NCBI GenBank assembly: GCA_036172245.1
Contig: JAYWIR010000010.1
Span: 1,426,001 to 1,490,000 of the forward strand
DNA: 64,000 bases
Direction of reading: 5' to 3'
From: Raillietiella orientalis
Lineage: Eukaryota
How positions within the stretch are numbered: the stretch's first letter is position 1; each line of letters opens with the position of its first letter. A program made the position numbers and the translations under genes. The notes beneath the pieces are model-generated. The model ran no database searches and was not told the origin of the DNA. It saw nothing but the letters and a program-made list of their open reading frames with translations. Below, one piece after another: positions 24,901 to 37,270 of the stretch.

Positions 24901-27900
24901 TCTCCGTATTCGATTAGTGACTTTCTCAATCCCTTGTGCTCGTGGAATCGGCATCTTTCGTCTGGAAGCCTTTTTTTTTTTTTTTTTTTTTTGTCTTTCG
25001 TCTTGAAGTATACGAGATGATTACTTTCGCAATGCGGACAATTTTGATTTAAGAATCGTGGTGTCGAAAATACACAAATTGAGAGCTGATGGCGTTCGAA
25101 TAGAAACAAATCGCCACTTGATCGTACGAGTACAAGTACAGTGAGGAAACGATGCCTCCAATGTTTCATAAATGCCGCTGCAAAAATGAGGACGGGGAGG
25201 AACGCTGGAGATTCGAAGCCGCCAAAATCGGCAGCATTTCAATCCCAACCAAAGGATCATTTTGGCCAGGAACCAAAGCTGTCCTTAGGACTTTCCGAAT
25301 GGCATTTCGATCTGACTAAAGCTTCATCGCATTGGGTGGATCAGTGCTCAGGAAAAAATCACCTCCAACCAAACTCAGAAGTATGAGATCCAGCGTGCTC
25401 CTTCTAAGGATCTTTTCAGGATCATTTGCATAGGCGGTGGGAGAACCGAAAATCGTTAGCAGAAAAGAGCCATTTAAAACAAAAAGAGAGAGTCTAACTG
25501 GAGTTCCATGAATTTTTCATTTTATACTCATTTTCTTCCTGGATAGCGTGTTTTGGCTTCCACTCACGGGCTGCAGACAGTTTAAGACCCCTCCTGGGGG
25601 GAACCTACTGCATCAACGTGGAGAACTCGGAGAAATGAGGGTCAATTCCATCCACGAGATTTTCGGATTCAGCAAACACAGTCTAGCCTTTCATTTCATA
25701 GCCGAAACGCCGACTTTGGAACCCCATCGTCCCACAATATTCTGCCACACAACATCAAAAGGGCACTGGCCGATGAGTTCCATTTCGTCAATTAAACAAA
25801 GTTGCGTGCAGTTCCGTTGATTCCTCCATTAGTGCTAGAAAGATAGTCGCAACCCTTCACCGTGATGCGGATTTCGAATTTGAAGAAAGCGAAGTTCGTT
25901 CTGTGAACATCAAACGGACTAAAGCATGCGGGATTTCGGGTTGATAGTGTTTACCAGGTAGATGAAGATCAGAGCCCATCCATCAGTGGACGTCGTTCGC
26001 GTTTCTTTCCACGGATTCTCATTTTACTAGCCAGACCTCGGGAATTCCTCGGAAGACCGATGGAATGAAGAAATGATTGGTAGCATGAAATGAAACCAGG
26101 ACCGTGATGCTGAAGTCTCTGAAAACGCCTTTACGAATCAGCCGCTGCTCATAACGGAAGTGGTTGTGACCCAGCAAGCGAAAACGGCGGTCCATTAAGC
26201 AAAAGGAAACTGCGCGGAGCTATGTCGTTTCGTTTTTTGCGCTGTTAAAGTTTTGACCACGTTGGATGATCAATGCAGAAGCGTTTGCTTTCCTGGATTT
26301 TCCTTCGGGGGAGGTTTACCGAAGCAAAAGGAAACTCAATGTATAAATCGTGCACTTCTTCCCCAAGTCCCCAAAGAATTTTCGATGCCAGCAATGAGTG
26401 AACCCGAGTGGCCCCCGAATGATTCCGTGTCCTCCTCCACAGACCTTTCACCATTAGATCGAATTCTCTTGCATCTGAAGAGCATTTCCGAGCATTTTCC
26501 AGAAAGACGTGTACCATTCGGAAAGTGTGTTTACCTGACGGTCATCTTGAAAACCGAATTTCTCAACCCACGATGTTTTCGGGGAGCCAAAAGGACGCGC
26601 TTTGCGCAGCGGGATCCGAGGCTGAGAGTGCACCACCAAGGCAGAACTCTGGACCATCCCGAAGCTCAAAGCCTCCTACTGAGCCATTTGGCCGTCGATG
26701 CCTTCTCGCGACAGTGGGGCAGGTGACCTTTCAAAAGCCAAGTAGGCAAGATTCCTGAAGATTTTATGCAAGTCGTTCGTGACTTGGAGAGAGGTATCGC
26801 TGCTCCCTAAAATCGAAAGATTCGAATCCTTGAGTGGATCAGAAGACAGGGGAGATGCTGATCCGAGGGCAAGATGTAATTTCGAAGGCTCACAATACAT
26901 TGCCAAAGAAAGGGAAAAAACGTACAATCTACGAGTTCTAACGGAGAAAAGAAACTGCAGGATATAACAGCTGAAGAACAACAACCTTTGAAGAACAGTG
27001 ATGTGCAAACAACATGATTCTCAAAAGACCGAGGCCCTTAACACACGAGGAAGAAAACCGGAAGGGTATATCAAGCTGCTTGTTAAATCATGGAGCCCAC
27101 CGATGGTGGCACACACGACATCCATTTTCGAGACATTCGGACACGGATTTATGCAATAAGGGCGGCGGAGATGGGTCGTTTGATGCAGATGCAAAGTTTA
27201 GCATATGTGCACGAGCAAATTTCCCGTATTGCGAGGAAGAAATGATTTTTTTTTTTCTTAATGAGGATGTGGAAAATCCGTGCAGAGAGTTTCCTCTTAA
27301 CGGAGGCGTGCCAAAAAAAAAAAAAAAAAAGCAGAAAAAAAACGAAAGAAAGGCGTGAAAAGAAAACGAAAGGGTAGAAAGAGAATAAAGACGTGTCATT
27401 ACTCCATACTAAAGTTTGCATTTAAGATTATGTTGCTGGGGAATTTAATCACCGGTTGCAATGATGAGTATTATGCTGAATGGGGGATCTTAGGAAACGT
27501 GAGAAGATACACAAAAGTGGTTTGACCCCGAATGAAACAACAAAAAACGATGAAGGCAGGGGTGGTGACCATCTTCTTTGGCGTTTGCTGGATGCATACA
27601 AGTTCGAAAAAAAGAGGCCCTCCTCCTCTTGACGCTCAGGCAACTTTTGCGGCCAAAGAAAATTCCATTTTGCTGTTTGGGCGGGGTTAGCAGAAATTTC
27701 GCTTTCCATACGATCAGGGAGAATGCCTTTACAAGTTCCTGCATGACAAAAGAAGTTCTCACCAAAGCTTCTGCTGTTCTTTTGGAAAGTAAACATACGT
27801 CCTGGAAGCTGAATGCCTGTCATTGTGTTCCCTCGTGCCGGTGATCCGGTTATCTTGAATTCGGAACTGTCCCAAGAATAAGCAGCAAATGAGCTTACCC

Positions 27901-30620
27901 AGGCATAATTTCGAACACGGATTCCGTGCTGGAGAATAAACGCAATCGGAAGCAGGGAAGCTGCAACTATGGCGCCGGCGACGATGATGGCTGCAGGAAA
28001 CGTGCGCCCTCGCCTGCACGAAAAGTCGGCGGCATTTGAAATGCCGACGTCTTTTTGTTTTCTTGCGTTTCTCCCCCGAATCTTCGGGGAATCTGTTCGT
28101 CGAAACATCCGAGGATATGACGACCTTATTACTGCCTGCCTGACGCTTTCCCGTGCTTGACAGAAGAAGCACGAAACGGAATCATCATCTCTTTTGAAAG
28201 ATTGCTGCTAATGAATGGCAAACTGGATGAATTGAGTACAAATGGGCACTTTTCCCTGGCTCCTGGGAGGAGAAGACAATGCACGTCAGAGGGAGAAACG
28301 GGAACATTTTAAACGGCGACCATAGAATCCTCAAAAAAAAAAAAAAAAAAACAGGATCCAAGTATTAATAGAAGTGCCCTCAAGTTAGCTTTTCCTAGTC
28401 GTTAGAAAATCATTTTGTATCTGAAATTGCTCCGACGCCCTTGATGGGAACCGAATATCGACAAGCTTTCCGCATCCTGTTCTGGCACTAGGTGTTCACC
28501 ATCACGAGAAGCATGACGTATCTTTCAGAATCAGCTACCCTCTACCCATCCAGTACATCGGAGTAGACACTAAAATTCTGTATGCTGTCATCCACGATTT
28601 GCACAAAGAAGTCTGTCGCTTGCAAGAAGCCTGTCGCAACAGTTCCAGCTGCATGCAGATTCTTGCTTACAAGAAAGAGCAAGTTGACATTTTTTTTTTC
28701 TTCTTCTTCTTCTTTTTCCTTGATGAGCTTTTTGCGCCACAAGTCGGGATTTATTTGTGCAATGGAGAGACGAGATGTCGTTTGTCAGTCGGCAGCCGCC
28801 CGAATGGTGAGATTGGCATTTTCTAGGAACGAAGAATTGCGCAGGAAGCTGAGCAGCATGAAAGAAAACGAATCCGCCGGGTCACCGAGATACGAGAATC
28901 TTCTGACGGCCTTCAAACAGCTCGATGCTCAACTAAAGCAAGAGAAGAAACTGAATCAGGAGCAAGTGGTCCATTTATCCGCTGAAAATGATCAACTTAA
29001 GCGAAAGGTTGGAAGGCGCTGGGGAAACGCACACAGAGAAAATGATGCCCTTTCAAATGACAGGTTAAAGAGCAGCGCCAGATCGAGACGTCTCTGAAAA
29101 GGGCACTACGCAAGCTTATCCTAGAAATGGGACTGGATAAAAAATCCAGAATGCTCTATTCTTCTCTAAAGGATATACCCTCGAGGTTTGGTATTGTCCC
29201 TGACTTGGGTGCCGGTGAAAGTATCTGTGGGTATTTTAATTTTTCGTAAAATAAAATCATTGGTGCTATAAAGACGTGTGTCCCTCGGCAGACGGAGAGT
29301 AAAGAATCACTTATGGTCTCAGGGAAAATGTGTCCTCCCTCTCTCTCTCTCTCCTCAGCTTCTCTTCTTCTCTCACAAAACCGGCAGCGAGCAGCACGCG
29401 TGTTTACGGACGGATCGAATCGGTGGCTGCGAACTGGACCTTTCGATTTCGGAAAGGGATATTCAACGAATGGATAAAAGTCGTGCGTGCAGTCTCTTGG
29501 AATCCTTTATGGAACCACTTCGTTTCCTATTCTTCGGGGTCACGTTTGAATGGATGGGATGGATCTGATTTTTTTTTTTTTTTTTTTCTCTTGACCCGCC
29601 TTAAACAACAACTGCATATGTGTTGCATTGATTTTTCATTGAGTGAGAGTAGAATGATCAATAAGCGTACGCCATCAGAAATCAGTTATGGATCCGTATT
29701 ATGGATCTAAGGAAAAAATTTATGGATTCATTATGGATTTTCGCGCTCGCTATTTTCATGGCTTTTCCATTTGAGAAAATCGCTTCTTACAGTATGGTGT
29801 TTTGAAAGCCCAGATTTTTTTTTTTTTGCGAATGATTTCGAATATTGGTCTGCGAATAGGGGAAGCAATAACGGAGCCAAACTACATTTTATTACAAAAC
29901 ACACACACACAATCTAAATAAATCCATAGATGAGCAAATGAAGGCAGTATCTGTTCGTTTTCCACTGAACATTTTCTGTTGATTTTGCTCATGGGAGGGT
30001 GGTGTGGTGGTGGTGAGAAGAACGTGAAATTCTTGGTGGTGTCCATTCGCTGCCCGTGTGACCCCCCTTCCCCGCCGCCGCCCTACACGGCAGTTCTGGC
30101 TGTGCTGGTCAACCGGCGCGCTACTCGGATCGCCAACGCGTGAGCGTGGGAGTGGATGACTTGCCGTGGATGATGTCATCCGCTTGCGGAAATCCCCCTT
30201 TCCCATCCGACGTTTTGAGGCTTCGAAACGTCCACCCATGTGCTCGGAATGAAATGCCGTCGTGTTTCAGGACCAAGCCAAGATCCCTGTCCCAAAGGTC
30301 GCGATGCAGTGGCAGTGCACGCTATGACTCAGAAACAGAATTCAGAAAACCGCATAACAGTTTGAAAAGAGAATCTGTCTCCCCAGGCAAGAACTTTTTT
30401 AGTTTCTGGATCCCACTTTTCAATTTCTATGAATGCAGCACCGAATCGTCAAAGAGTAAGGTCGCTCTCAGGTAGTAGAGGAGATTTTCAGTGCGGCCTC
30501 CACAAGAGTGCTTCTTTAAGTTCAGTAATCGACAAAACACCCAAAGATAAGACAGTGAGAAGGATGCTGAACATAGAAAAGTTTCTGCAGTCCCGCAGCC
30601 GGAAGAACGAAACTGGGTAA
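18065..30620 (+). CDS. CCDC61: Coiled-coil domain-containing protein 61 (centrosomal, SAS-6/XRCC4-like head; VFL3 family)
   Basis: Exons: 18065-18215 (MVEPTF...SEQWHSLFERK), 23789-23871 (YIEDITLKTGNFKSFSTFVCMLQSGL), 23921-24081 (SISLEVLGYADLEQMR...KRYLIVKYSSEFD), 28529-28678 (ISYPLPIQY), 28827-29007, 29064-29185, 30271-30386, 30439-30620 (VRRMLNIEKFLQ...stop). IEDxTxKTGNFK, YxDLE and KRYLIxxYxxEFDxIxYPLP match CCDC61. Phases join only if two GC donors are used. The 3' exons are less certain and an extra exon in 29186-30270 is possible. Confidence 0.88.
18447..18675 (+). repeat. ~230-bp dispersed repeat, copy B (CCDC61 intron 1)
   Basis: Direct-orientation diverged copy of 16910-17165. Confidence 0.85.
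18899..18936. repeat. (TG)19 microsatellite
   Basis: Perfect dinucleotide run. Confidence 0.95.
26250..26900 (-). mobile_element. Heavily decayed LTR retrotransposon pol relic, possibly BEL/Pao (tether to integrase zinc finger)
   Basis: Minus-strand pieces LHKIFRNLAYLAF, EALSFGMVQ and NHSGATRVHSLLASKILWGLGEEVHDLYI resemble, in order, the BEL KLxRVxAYVxRF, AExxxxxxxQ and HxGxxxxxxxLRxxxW motifs. No LTRs or DDE core recognised. Confidence 0.3.
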
Positions 30621-31779
30621 AACCTCTCTCTCTTGCTAATCTCCAAAGTTATAAAATGCTCTCTTTGGAAGCTGCACGCTTCGTGTGCTTTTTTTTTTTT
30701 TTCTTCTTTTGTCTTTTTCCTTTGGCTAGAGTATATGACAAAATGTCCCTTCTGGAACGTTCCATCCCGCGAAACGATTTGCTCTGAACGAGAGACAAAA
30801 AGCGGACGCGTGAACTCCTGAAAATGGGAAAATCGGCTTCCGATGCAATGACGTAAAGGAAAAACCTCTTTGAAGGAAAAGCAGCAACTCCCGGTGCCCA
30901 CTTTTTCTTTCTCCCTTTTTTTTTCCCCGATTACCTTTTCCAGTTTTTCTTTATTTATAACTGAAACTGTCGCACGTGCTATGCATCCGTAACTTCACTT
31001 TTATGTTGCGCGTTTACATTGCTGCTTGATAAAAAAAAAAAAAGAGAGAGAGAACCCCCGTGGCACCCAAACAGATGCTCACCTCCTATATATGGTAAAC
31101 CACTTATTGAAAAACTCGAGGTTCAGAACCAGCACTTGGCCGTTCAATTCTAAATACTCAGGTACTTTACAGTTCGCGACCGTGCGGCCCCATCAAATTA
31201 AGCAGAGATGAATAATTTCGTAAGTAGGGGTCATCTTCCAAGAGGATTCGAATCAGTCACATGTGCACGTGCCCGTGAGCGCAATGTCTCATCGTGTATG
31301 CTTCACATATCAAAAAGATCAATTCGACTATCTTTCTAAACGCAATCGTGATGTGATCATTTGAGACCACGGCGATCCTTCTAGTCTCCACGGCACATGT
31401 GATTCGTAGGTAAGAGTTGACAAGGCTAGAGGCTGCTGAAGCACCTTGCACACTTCAGAGCACACGTTCGAACGAATCTCACAGGGCGAAGCAAAAAAAA
31501 AAAAAACAAATAGTCAAAACTCTTCCTTTACTTTTATGAAATTATCCGAAATGACTTTTCAAGCAAAATGTTTCGCGAGGACGAAATTTTTCTCTCTTCA
31601 TACACTTTTTTGCGATCCTCTCGGTTAAGAAGCGTGGAAGAGCATCAATGGTACGAATTTGCCACGGACTGCCAAAAGGATGCACTCTGCTGAATGCAGG
31701 AAAAAGCGAGACCTAAACTTCAAGTAGGTTTGTAGATACCTACGAGTTGGCGGGACTGAACGCTACGTGAAATCAAACG

Positions 31780-32600
31780 TGAGAGCTCATTCGGCTTTCA
31801 ATGCATTCCGAAGACGAAATGAAAGAAGCATGGCGCTGGCGGGGGGCGAGCCACATGCATCCACACAGCGCAAGGGTCCCCCTATCCCATGCTCTTCCTT
31901 TCCCTCCGTAAAGTGAAATCCTTTGTGCCTGATGATGCCGTGCAGCTGGTCGTCGCACATTTTGCTCTGCAGAAGACATTCGAGGAAGCAGCCCACCGAT
32001 TCTCAAAATCAAAGGAAAATTGGGCGAGGTGAAACGTCTTCGCTCATGATCCAAGTGGATGGATGCAGGTGGCTTTGCGCCGACTCGCAGTCCTCGCCGA
32101 GACGCTCGTGATGAAGATTCGCGCTCGCGGAGGATGAGAGGACTCACCCCTCGTGTGGTCCGCGGGCCTCTTGCCATGGCAACAGGAGCAGAGCCCAGCT
32201 CGACGGTCCAGAGAAGCAGTTACTCGTGGAAGCCGGTTCCGCAAGTGCCAACCGAAATCAGGAGGCGAGCTCATTAGGCTCATGAGAGCGGGTCAAAGCA
32301 GATTCGACTCTCTTCTGTTCGATTAGCAGAGAGATACGAAAAGCAGATCCGGGAGGTGGAAAATTCCGATGGGAAAGAAAAAGGACAGAACCTCGCTGCA
32401 CAGCTGAGCACGAGGCCAACTATGAAGCAGTGGCCTTTTTCAATGAGGAGGCATCCGATTTTTACGCAACACGTAAGGAAAATGAGCCGCCACAGCCAAG
32501 AAAGAAGAAATGATGAAGAGGCCACGTGTAAGGAGATGGTAAAAGAACTATCTAAGAACGATCCAAGATGCCCACAGACCCAACTGCAGAGGGAGACTTG
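31780..32600 (+). mobile_element. Decayed non-LTR reverse-transcriptase relic
   Basis: QGSPYPMLFLSL...SFVPDDAVQL near 31870-31950 resembles QGSPLSPxLF...YADD with deletions. Boundaries approximate. Confidence 0.3.
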
Positions 32601-35231
32601 CAAGTTTTCCAAAAAGCGTTTCAAATTATTTGGCTGTGCTCAACTGATGTGTTTGTAACGCTCACCAAAACACACGACAGCTCTTCCCTTTGGTTCATGA
32701 TACGAATTAAGATGAATTTGAACGACTAATGGGAGGAAAGTAATAAATGGATTCTACTCGCAACACAACTTTCATATTTAAGCATCTGAGAAATTACAGC
32801 TTTGAAACTGCCTTTAACTATATTTGCTCAGATGCTTAACTATGAAACCCTTTCACGTGCACATCACAAGTCAGCCCTCAAGAAGGAGATTTTTGTTTGC
32901 AGTCAGCATGCACCAATGAAATTGCCTTGGGAATCGGTCTGAGGAAGCCGAATAAACTGAAGACTTGCGAGCGGGAAAGATACATGATCGCATTAGGATG
33001 CGCCCTTCGAGGCTTCATAGGAAAAATCAGCTGAATGTGGAGTCGGGCGCATGTGTCCCGAGGAAGAAAAATCGTCACCAAGGAAAAGCACCAATTCCAG
33101 GATATGACGAGGTGAGGACTGAGACGGGAGTGCCAACTGTGGAGGTCCGATGTGCACACTTGAAAACGATACAACGTGCTTCCGTTCCTTAGCCCGTTAT
33201 CCTGATTCAAGTATCTTACTCCAGTCGAAAGCATTGAGTGGAATCTAGTTCCTGGAGGGAAGGGGGGGAAGAGCAAATCACCTTAGCATGCATGCATCCG
33301 AGAGTACGTAGCAGGCATTGCTATGGATACCCGTTGGCACACAACAGGCGTTACGGTCATGAAACCGAATGAATGAAAGAATCCGTTACTCGGTTTAATT
33401 GGTTTACGGACCGTAATCTTTTGAATTAGATTGCAGAGCTCAACCTTGTAGCTTAACCTGACTTTTGTTTTAGTTACGTTTGCGCAGCCTGGTACGGAAA
33501 ACAAGCAAAGCTTTAAGAGATTTGAGATGGCTGCCTTTTGATCTTATGCTGGGAGATCTTTGGGGATTTCGTTTCCGTTCTGCTTTGTTTCTTGTTTCCT
33601 CTTCTTTTCTTTTCTTTTTTTTTTCCAACATGAGGCCCCATAGTAGTTCCTACTTTCCAGAGCGTCGCGAGAAAGAATTTTGTACCCATTCGTGGCACCC
33701 CACAGCTCCAATTCGCCGTCTCCTGTGCGCCAGTACGTCCAAGAGCACCGTTCCCGGAAATCGCGCTTCGTGTCGTCTCCCAAGAGAAGAGCCAGGAAGA
33801 TGCCGCTGCCGCCATGCAGAAAAGCGAGGACAGGGCAGATGATTCGGGCACACTGTGCCGTGAAAAGACCGGAGAGATACTTGAGCGTTTGCAAGCCCTT
33901 CTCTTGATTTCGAGGGAATGCTTGCAGCTGTTTGTGAAATGTTTAGAGAATGAAAAACACCCGTGTGAAAAGCAAAATTGCTCATTGATCCGAGGCCTTC
34001 AACCTTGATCTCAAGGGAAATTCATTCTACGCTTGCCTTAGCTGATGCTCTTGCAGAGTTGAGTGCCCAAGCCGACCGCCCGATCCAGCAGTCGTTTCCA
34101 TGACATGGTTCATGGTTCCAGCTCCCCGCGCAAGCACGTGACGTTCCCGAGTCTGGCCTCTCCGAATGGATCAGGGGTACCAGCCTCACAAGCTGACAGC
34201 TTGATTGGTTCTTTAGCGATTAGAAAACGGAATTTTCCATCAGCAAGCGCCATTTGTGCCAACATTCAAAGTGAATGCCTTCCAAACTAGTGATGCAAAC
34301 GACTTCATATATGTGTGTGCCGTCTCTTCAGATGAACTTTTTCCACATCAGTCGATTTTTCAGATAAAACTTTACCAGTATAATCTCCACGAAAATAGAA
34401 AAAAATCCATGTTTTTTCCTTCTTCTTCTAAAACATACCGGATGTGAGTTAGCTCCACACTTCAACCTTTTTCTCAAAGCCACAGAATTACCCTTTTGTA
34501 GCTTCATATATTTTATTAGTGATCATAACGATCTTTTTTCCTAAATTGATTTGCCGAAAGAACCTCAAAATTATGGAACATTTAGCACTTGCCTTTCCCA
34601 CTGAAGGTCACTTGGTATTTTTTTTCCCCCCAACGATTCACCCTGGTGCTGCCATCGAGCAAGATGGGTCCCCCCCTCCACATGGTAAGCTCTTTATTCG
34701 AGAAGAGGGACTTGCAATCGGCGAGCCCTTGCATCCTGCAGCACCCTTGCCATTGCAGGATGCAGTTCCTTCATCCCTCAGAAGAAATCTTTACTTGATG
34801 GTAAATTCTAGTCACAATTGGGCAATGTTTTTTTTTTTGTTTTTTTTTCCTGTGTTGCATTGGGGAGCAAAATTAAAAAATGTGGACAAAGACCAAAAGA
34901 ATTGCACTTAGTGGAAGGTAATTATAATTAAGCACTCTACTCTAAGAATCAAATATTCGTGAGATGCTGATTTCCAAGCTTTTTTGACGTGATTAGACCG
35001 CTAAAAGTGCAGTTTCTGGCATTCTATTTTGCAACGCTTCGTTTCATTTCTACCATTTTGCTACCATCTGATGCTGTCAGAGGCTGTTCCCCGAGGGTAT
35101 CATTTCAAAACAAAGAGACTTGTACGAATATTCCTAGAAGTTGTGCCTTTCTGAAGTTGTGCCAAAAAAGGTGTTCTCGAAATCGCTAGACTGAACTTTA
35201 CTTTCCTCAATTGATTCGAGACTTCTTCGTT

Positions 35232-35948
35232 TTTCCCCAAGCCCCACAAGGGGTGGGGTAAATTTATTTTCTCTCATTCATACTGCAATTTCATTCATAT
35301 CGAACACGCTCGAGTTTATTCACTTTCACCTTTTTCTTCTTTTCCACTTTGGGGAGTCACTATGGGTAGGTCTGCACTTGGGAGGACCACGTGTTGGATG
35401 TGCCTGGACGGTGCATTCAGTCCTTCTAAGGATATACCTGTAGGTCCAAGCGGGTACTTTTCCGCAGTTTTCCTGATTCCGATCTCCTTCTGGATGACTC
35501 CTCGTAGGATCTCCATGGAGGATGCGGTTGTGCTGACTTTCTTCATCTTCCACCATCTTACTAGGATGGCGGTGATGAATAGGGCAGTGGTGTCGTCCTA
35601 AGCATCGGGTTGTATAGGGGAACGTTTCCGTTTCCCAGAAACATCCCAGCTAGGACTTCCATGGTCGAGTTGTTCGGCAACGCCATGACCCATTTCAGGG
35701 TCTGCGAGTCCTGGTGCATTGTGGGATAGGTTAGGAGATGGAGTCTCGTGACCCTGTCACCACACGCCTTGCACTTTCCATCTTCACTTCTCCCTGTAAA
35801 GTTTTGCATTCTGGACCCGCTCTGGATTCCCCCATGATGGAACATCAGGAGGTCATCCGGGGAGCCCGGCGGTAGGTCGCTCCTCCAGAGCGTCGTTTCG
35901 TTGATCCTGTCGCTTCCGTAGCGATCGGCGGCTTCTTGGAGGGCACTT
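35232..35948 (-). mobile_element. 5'-truncated L1/Tx1-type non-LTR retrotransposon (zf-RVT region plus 3' UTR) with 17-bp target-site duplication
   Basis: Minus-strand EDGKCKACGDRVTRLHLL zinc-knuckle remnant. Exact direct repeat ttcgagacttcttcgtt at 35215-35231 and 35949-35965. AATAAA (minus) at 35263-35268. Confidence 0.85.
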
Positions 35949-37097
35949 TTCGAGACTTCTTCGTTCCTTACTTTATTGGCAGTACCACTTTTCACGAGAA
36001 AGCTATTTGCTATTCACAGGTCAGGGTTCATTAAAACATTACATTGCCATAAAAATGGACATTATTTTTGTTGCACATGAGCTTATTTTGCGCAAAGTTC
36101 ACTCGTTCAGAGGACCGGAAGGGAACCCAACAGCCTGATTTGCAAAACCGTATAGGAAAAAAAGTGTTGCCCCTAAGGGAATCTTGCACTTAGGAACACA
36201 CGGGCGCCTTCCACCAAATTCAAGCTACCACTTATTTTTGTGGACTTTTGCAACACTCGAGTCATTCATTTTTTTGATGTTCGTGTCTTTCAAGCATCAT
36301 AGGTGATGTCACGTTTAGAAATCGACTCTCGGTCAAGCACTTTTCCAGCGAAAAAACCTCAGAAGGATATGAAAACCACATGGCATGAAAACAGTGTCTT
36401 TATTGAATTTGTGTATCTTATTAAGCTTCTGTTCAAAAGAAGCGTTATGAACACCCCTACACAAACCTACGTATCATGAAAAATGATGCAAAGTCAGATG
36501 AGATTTTGGACTTTCAGATGATATCATTCCAGTCAGCGCTTCTGCTTTTTTATTCTCTTGCAGGAAAAGGCTATATTTCGAATCTTTGTTTTAGTAAAGT
36601 TTTCAAGACAAATGAAGAGGGCAATCCGATCGGACGATTACGTTATAAGAAATTTTCATCGCGCTGTCCCGTTCGAATTTCCAGCGTGCTCCAGTTTGAC
36701 CCGTTTGCTGCGATTCGGAAGGCCTTTTTCCCCCTTTCCATTGCAGATTAAGGAATTTCGTTCTGCCGAAATTGCGATGTGCAGAGGCGACATTCGCAGA
36801 GATTACCCTGCATCCCGGAAATGGTAATAAAAAACATTCCTGTTCAGGAAGGGGAAGATGTGCCGATCGGCGATGTGGGAGTAGCTTTGGATACAGATCT
36901 TTCTTAAATAACATAAGAAATATAAACCTGATCCAAAAATGAGATGAATGAAAACACTTGGTGAGCTTATAGCGATGGCTATTGGTATGTGCAGCAATAG
37001 AGTAATTGCTCCTAAAATTACCTGAGTTAGGTCAGAGAACAGCATAACATATACCGGTCTCACACCGGCATTTTTTATTGTGAGTATTGCTGTCAGA

Positions 37098-37270
37098 GCT
37101 AATATTAAAGCTCAAAATGTGTATGGCAGTACACCTTTACACGTGGCTTCTCAGTATGATAGTAAGCTTGAAACTGAATTTCTTTGAGGCAAAAATGCTA
37201 GTGGTATTAATGATATAAATAATAATGGCTCGACACCTTTGCACGTAGCTATACAAGAAAATAAACCATG
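37098..37270 (+). pseudogene. Ankyrin-repeat gene fragment (about 1.5 repeats) with an in-frame TGA
   Basis: [55 protein letters not shown]: two GxTPLHxA motifs at repeat spacing, TGA at 37185-37187, no start codon and no obvious splice sites. Confidence 0.8.

Noticed and set aside
35949..35995. Start of ORF 35561..35995 as a real gene start
   Set aside because: It lies in and beyond the target-site duplication, outside the truncated element.
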